Assembly (NCBI GenBank): GCA_905178155.1
Contig: CAJINV010000011.1
Location: 1 to 6,554, forward strand
DNA: 6,554 bases
Source: Amoebophrya sp. A120
Taxonomy: Eukaryota; Protista; Dinoflagellata
Direction: 5' to 3'
Shown: piece after piece, positions 3,601 to 6,554 of the stretch
Position numbering within the stretch: position 1 is the stretch's first letter
Layout: the number at the start of each line of letters is the position of its first letter
The notes under the pieces: model-generated
What the model saw: the letters and a program-made list of their open reading frames with translations, nothing else
Told to the model about the DNA's origin: nothing
Database searches by the model: none
Made by a program: the position numbers and the translations under genes

Positions 3601-6554
3601 TGGCACGCTCGCAAATTTTCCACGGGGTGGCCCCCAAAGTTCATTTAGGTCCTCCGGTCCCCCTTTGGCCAGGCAAAAATCCCACGGGGTGGAGCCACGC
3701 TAAGCAGAACGCTCCACCGGTGGCACGCTCGCAAATTTTCCACGGGGTGGCCCCCAAAGTTCATTTAGGTCCTCCGGTCCCCCTTTGGCCAGGCAAAAAT
3801 CCCACGGGGTGGAGCCACGCTAAGCAGAACGCTCCACCGGTGGCACGCTCGCAAATTTTCCACGGGGTGGCCCCCAAAGTTCATTTAGGTCCTCCGGTCC
3901 CCCTTTGGCCAGGCAAAAATCCCACGGGGTGGAGCCACGCTAAGCAGAACGCTCCACCGGTGGCACGCTCGCAAATTTTCCACGGGGTGGCCCCCAAAGT
4001 TCATTTAGGTCCTCCGGTCCCCCTTTGGCCAGGCAAAAATCCCACGGGGTGGAGCCACGCTAAGCAGAACGCTCCACCGGTGGCACGCTCGCAAATTTTC
4101 CACGGGGTGGCCCCCAAAGTTCATTTAGGTCCTCCGGTCCCCCTTTGGCCAGGCAAAAATCCCACGGGGTGGAGCCACGCTAAGCAGAACGCTCCACCGG
4201 TGGCACGCTCGCAAATTTTCCACGGGGTGGCCCCCAAAGTTCATTTAGGTCCTCCGGTCCCCCTTTGGCCAGGCAAAAATCCCACGGGGTGGAGCCACGC
4301 TAAGCAGAACGCTCCACCGGTGGCACGCTCGCAAATTTTCCACGGGGTGGCCCCCAAAGTTCATTTAGGTCCTCCGGTCCCCCTTTGGCCAGGCAAAAAT
4401 CCCACGGGGTGGAGCCACGCTAAGCAGAACGCTCCACCGGTGGCACGCTCGCAAATTTTCCACGGGGTGGCCCCCAAAGTTCATTTAGGTCCTCCGGTCC
4501 CCCTTTGGCCAGGCAAAAATCCCACGGGGTGGAGCCACGCTAAGCAGAACGCTCCACCGGTGGCACGCTCGCAAATTTTCCACGGGGTGGCCCCCAAAGT
4601 TCATTTAGGTCCTCCGGTCCCCCTTTGGCCAGGCAAAAATCCCACGGGGTGGAGCCACGCTAAGCAGAACGCTCCACCGGTGGCACGCTCGCAAATTTTC
4701 CACGGGGTGGCCCCCAAAGTTCATTTAGGTCCTCCGGTCCCCCTTTGGCCAGGCAAAAATCCCACGGGGTGGAGCCACGCTAAGCAGAACGCTCCACCGG
4801 TGGCACGCTCGCAAATTTTCCACGGGGTGGCCCCCAAAGTTCATTTAGGTCCTCCGGTCCCCCTTTGGCCAGGCAAAAATCCCACGGGGTGGAGCCACGC
4901 TAAGCAGAACGCTCCACCGGTGGCACGCTCGCAAATTTTCCACGGGGTGGCCCCCAAAGTTCATTTAGGTCCTCCGGTCCCCCTTTGGCCAGGCAAAAAT
5001 CCCACGGGGTGGAGCCACGCTAAGCAGAACGCTCCACCGGTGGCACGCTCGCAAATTTTCCACGGGGTGGCCCCCAAAGTTCATTTAGGTCCTCCGGTCC
5101 CCCTTTGGCCAGGCAAAAATCCCACGGGGTGGAGCCACGCTAAGCAGAACGCTCCACCGGTGGCACGCTCGCAAATTTTCCACGGGGTGGCCCCCAAAGT
5201 TCATTTAGGTCCTCCGGTCCCCCTTTGGCCAGGCAAAAATCCCACGGGGTGGAGCCACGCTAAGCAGAACGCTCCACCGGTGGCACGCTCGCAAATTTTC
5301 CACGGGGTGGCCCCCAAAGTTCATTTAGGTCCTCCGGTCCCCCTTTGGCCAGGCAAAAATCCCACGGGGTGGAGCCACGCTAAGCAGAACGCTCCACCGG
5401 TGGCACGCTCGCAAATTTTCCACGGGGTGGCCCCCAGAGTTCATTCAGGTCCCCCGGTCCCCCTTTGGCCAGGCAAAAACCCCACGGGGTGGAGCCACGC
5501 GAAGCAGAACGCCCCACCGGTGACACGCTCGCAAATTTTCCACGGGGTGGCCCCCAGAGTTCATTTAGGTCCCCCGGTCCTCCTTTGGCCAGGCAAAAAC
5601 CCCACGGGGCGGAGCCACGCGAAGCAGAACGCCCCACCGGTGGCACGCTCGCAAATTTCCCACGGTGTGGCCCCCAAAGTTCATTTAGGTCCTCCGGTCC
5701 CCCGGTGGCCAGGCAAAAATCCCACGGGGTGGAGCCACGCTAAGCAGAACGTTCCACCGGTGGCACGCTCGCAAAAAAATTTTCCACGGGGTGGCCCCCA
5801 AAGTTCATTGAGGTCCCCCGGTCCCCCTTTGGCCAGGCAGAAACTCCACTGGTGGAGCCACGCGCAGCAGAACGCTCCACCGGTGGCACGCTCGCAAATT
5901 TTCGACGGGGTGGCCTCCAAAGTTCACTGAGGTCCTCCGGTCCCCCTTTGGCCAGGCAAAAACCCCACGGGGTGGAGCCACGCGAAGCAGAACGCCCCAC
6001 CGGTGGCACGCGCGCAAATTTCCCACGGGGTGGCCCCCAAAGTTCACTGAGGTCCCCCGGTCCCCCTTTGGCCAGGCAAAAATCCCACGGGGTGGAGCCA
6101 CGCTAAGCAGAACGCTCCACCGGTGGCACGATCGCAAATTTTCAACGGGGTGGCCTCCAAAGTTCATTTAGGGCCTGCCTCCGGTCCCCCTTTGGCCAGG
6201 CAAAAACCCCACGGGGTGGAGCCACGCTAGGCAGAACGCTCCACCGGTGGCACGCTCGCAAATTTTCCACGGGATGGCCCCCAGAGTTCATTTAGGTCCC
6301 CCGGTCCCCCCTTTGGCCAGGCAAAAATCCCACGGGGCGGAGCCACGCTAAGCTAGCAGAACGCTCCACCGGTGGCGCGCTCGCAAATTTTCCACGGGGT
6401 GGCCTCCAAAGTTCATTGAGGTCCCCCGGTCCTCCTTTGGCCAGGCAAAAACCCCACGGGGTGGAGCCACGCTAAGCAGAACGCTCCACCGGTGGCACGC
6501 TCGCAAATTTTCCACGGGGTGGCCCCCAAAGTTCATTTAGGTCCCCCGGTCCCC
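624..6554. repeat. 120-bp tandem satellite array: 48 complete units plus partial units at both ends, truncated by the window on the right
   Basis: Consensus is CACGGGGTGGCCCCCAAAGTTCATTTAGGTCCTCCGGTCCCCCTTTGGCCAGGCAAAAATCCCACGGGGTGGAGCCACGCTAAGCAGAACGCTCCACCGGTGGCACGCTCGCAAATTTTC (73/120 GC). Units start at 729, 853, 977, 1101, then every 120 bp to 5661, then 5785, 5904, 6024, 6144, 6268, 6393 and 6513 (partial). A decayed partial unit occupies ~624-728, so the left boundary is approximate. Confidence 0.99.
1461..5420. repeat. Homogeneous core of the satellite: 33 identical 120-bp units
   Basis: Alternate 60-nt lines repeat without any visible difference. The nearest deviations from consensus are at 1353 (C to T) on the left and 5437 (A to G) on the right. 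Confidence 0.95.

Noticed and set aside
5438-5450. Hammerhead ribozyme core in the satellite (minus-strand CTGAATGA variant)
   Set aside because: It does not match CUGANGA exactly and is absent from the consensus (CTAAATGA). I could not build the three-stem junction with GAAA and a cleavage triplet.
1107-5930. 1607-aa ORF as an annotated CDS
   Set aside because: It lies entirely within the satellite and has no ATG start or unique N/C-terminal domain. A GC-rich monomer of 120 bp (divisible by 3) easily leaves one frame open. Flank units carry frameshifts and stops in the same frame.
5380-6536. Short ORFs in the right flank
   Set aside because: They are alternative-frame translations of diverged satellite monomers in which a stop codon has mutated.
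624-6554. CRISPR array
   Set aside because: The sequences between the recurring 20-bp motifs are identical from unit to unit rather than unique spacers. No cas genes are visible and the tRNAs are eukaryote-type.

Overview
This window is non-coding and eukaryote-type, with two parts. The first ~600 bp is a compact tRNA cluster: tRNA-Gly(CCC) on the minus strand (17-87) and tRNA-Arg(CCT) on the plus strand (183-255), head-to-head and 95 bp apart, then a degenerate tRNA-Pro(TGG)-like gene (514-585). None encodes CCA. About 40 bp after the Pro-like gene a 120-bp, ~61% GC tandem satellite begins and runs off the right end (~624-6554, ~49 units). It has 33 identical units in the middle (1461-5420) and diverged units on both flanks. 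The monomer is built from two 20-bp GCAAA-N5-CACGGGGTGG motifs, a CCACCGGTGG palindrome and two hairpins. Six of the eight indels in the complete flank units are +4 nt, mostly tandem duplications. The 1607-aa ORF is most likely a by-product of a stop-free frame in a monomer whose length is divisible by 3. The organism cannot be determined from the sequence alone.
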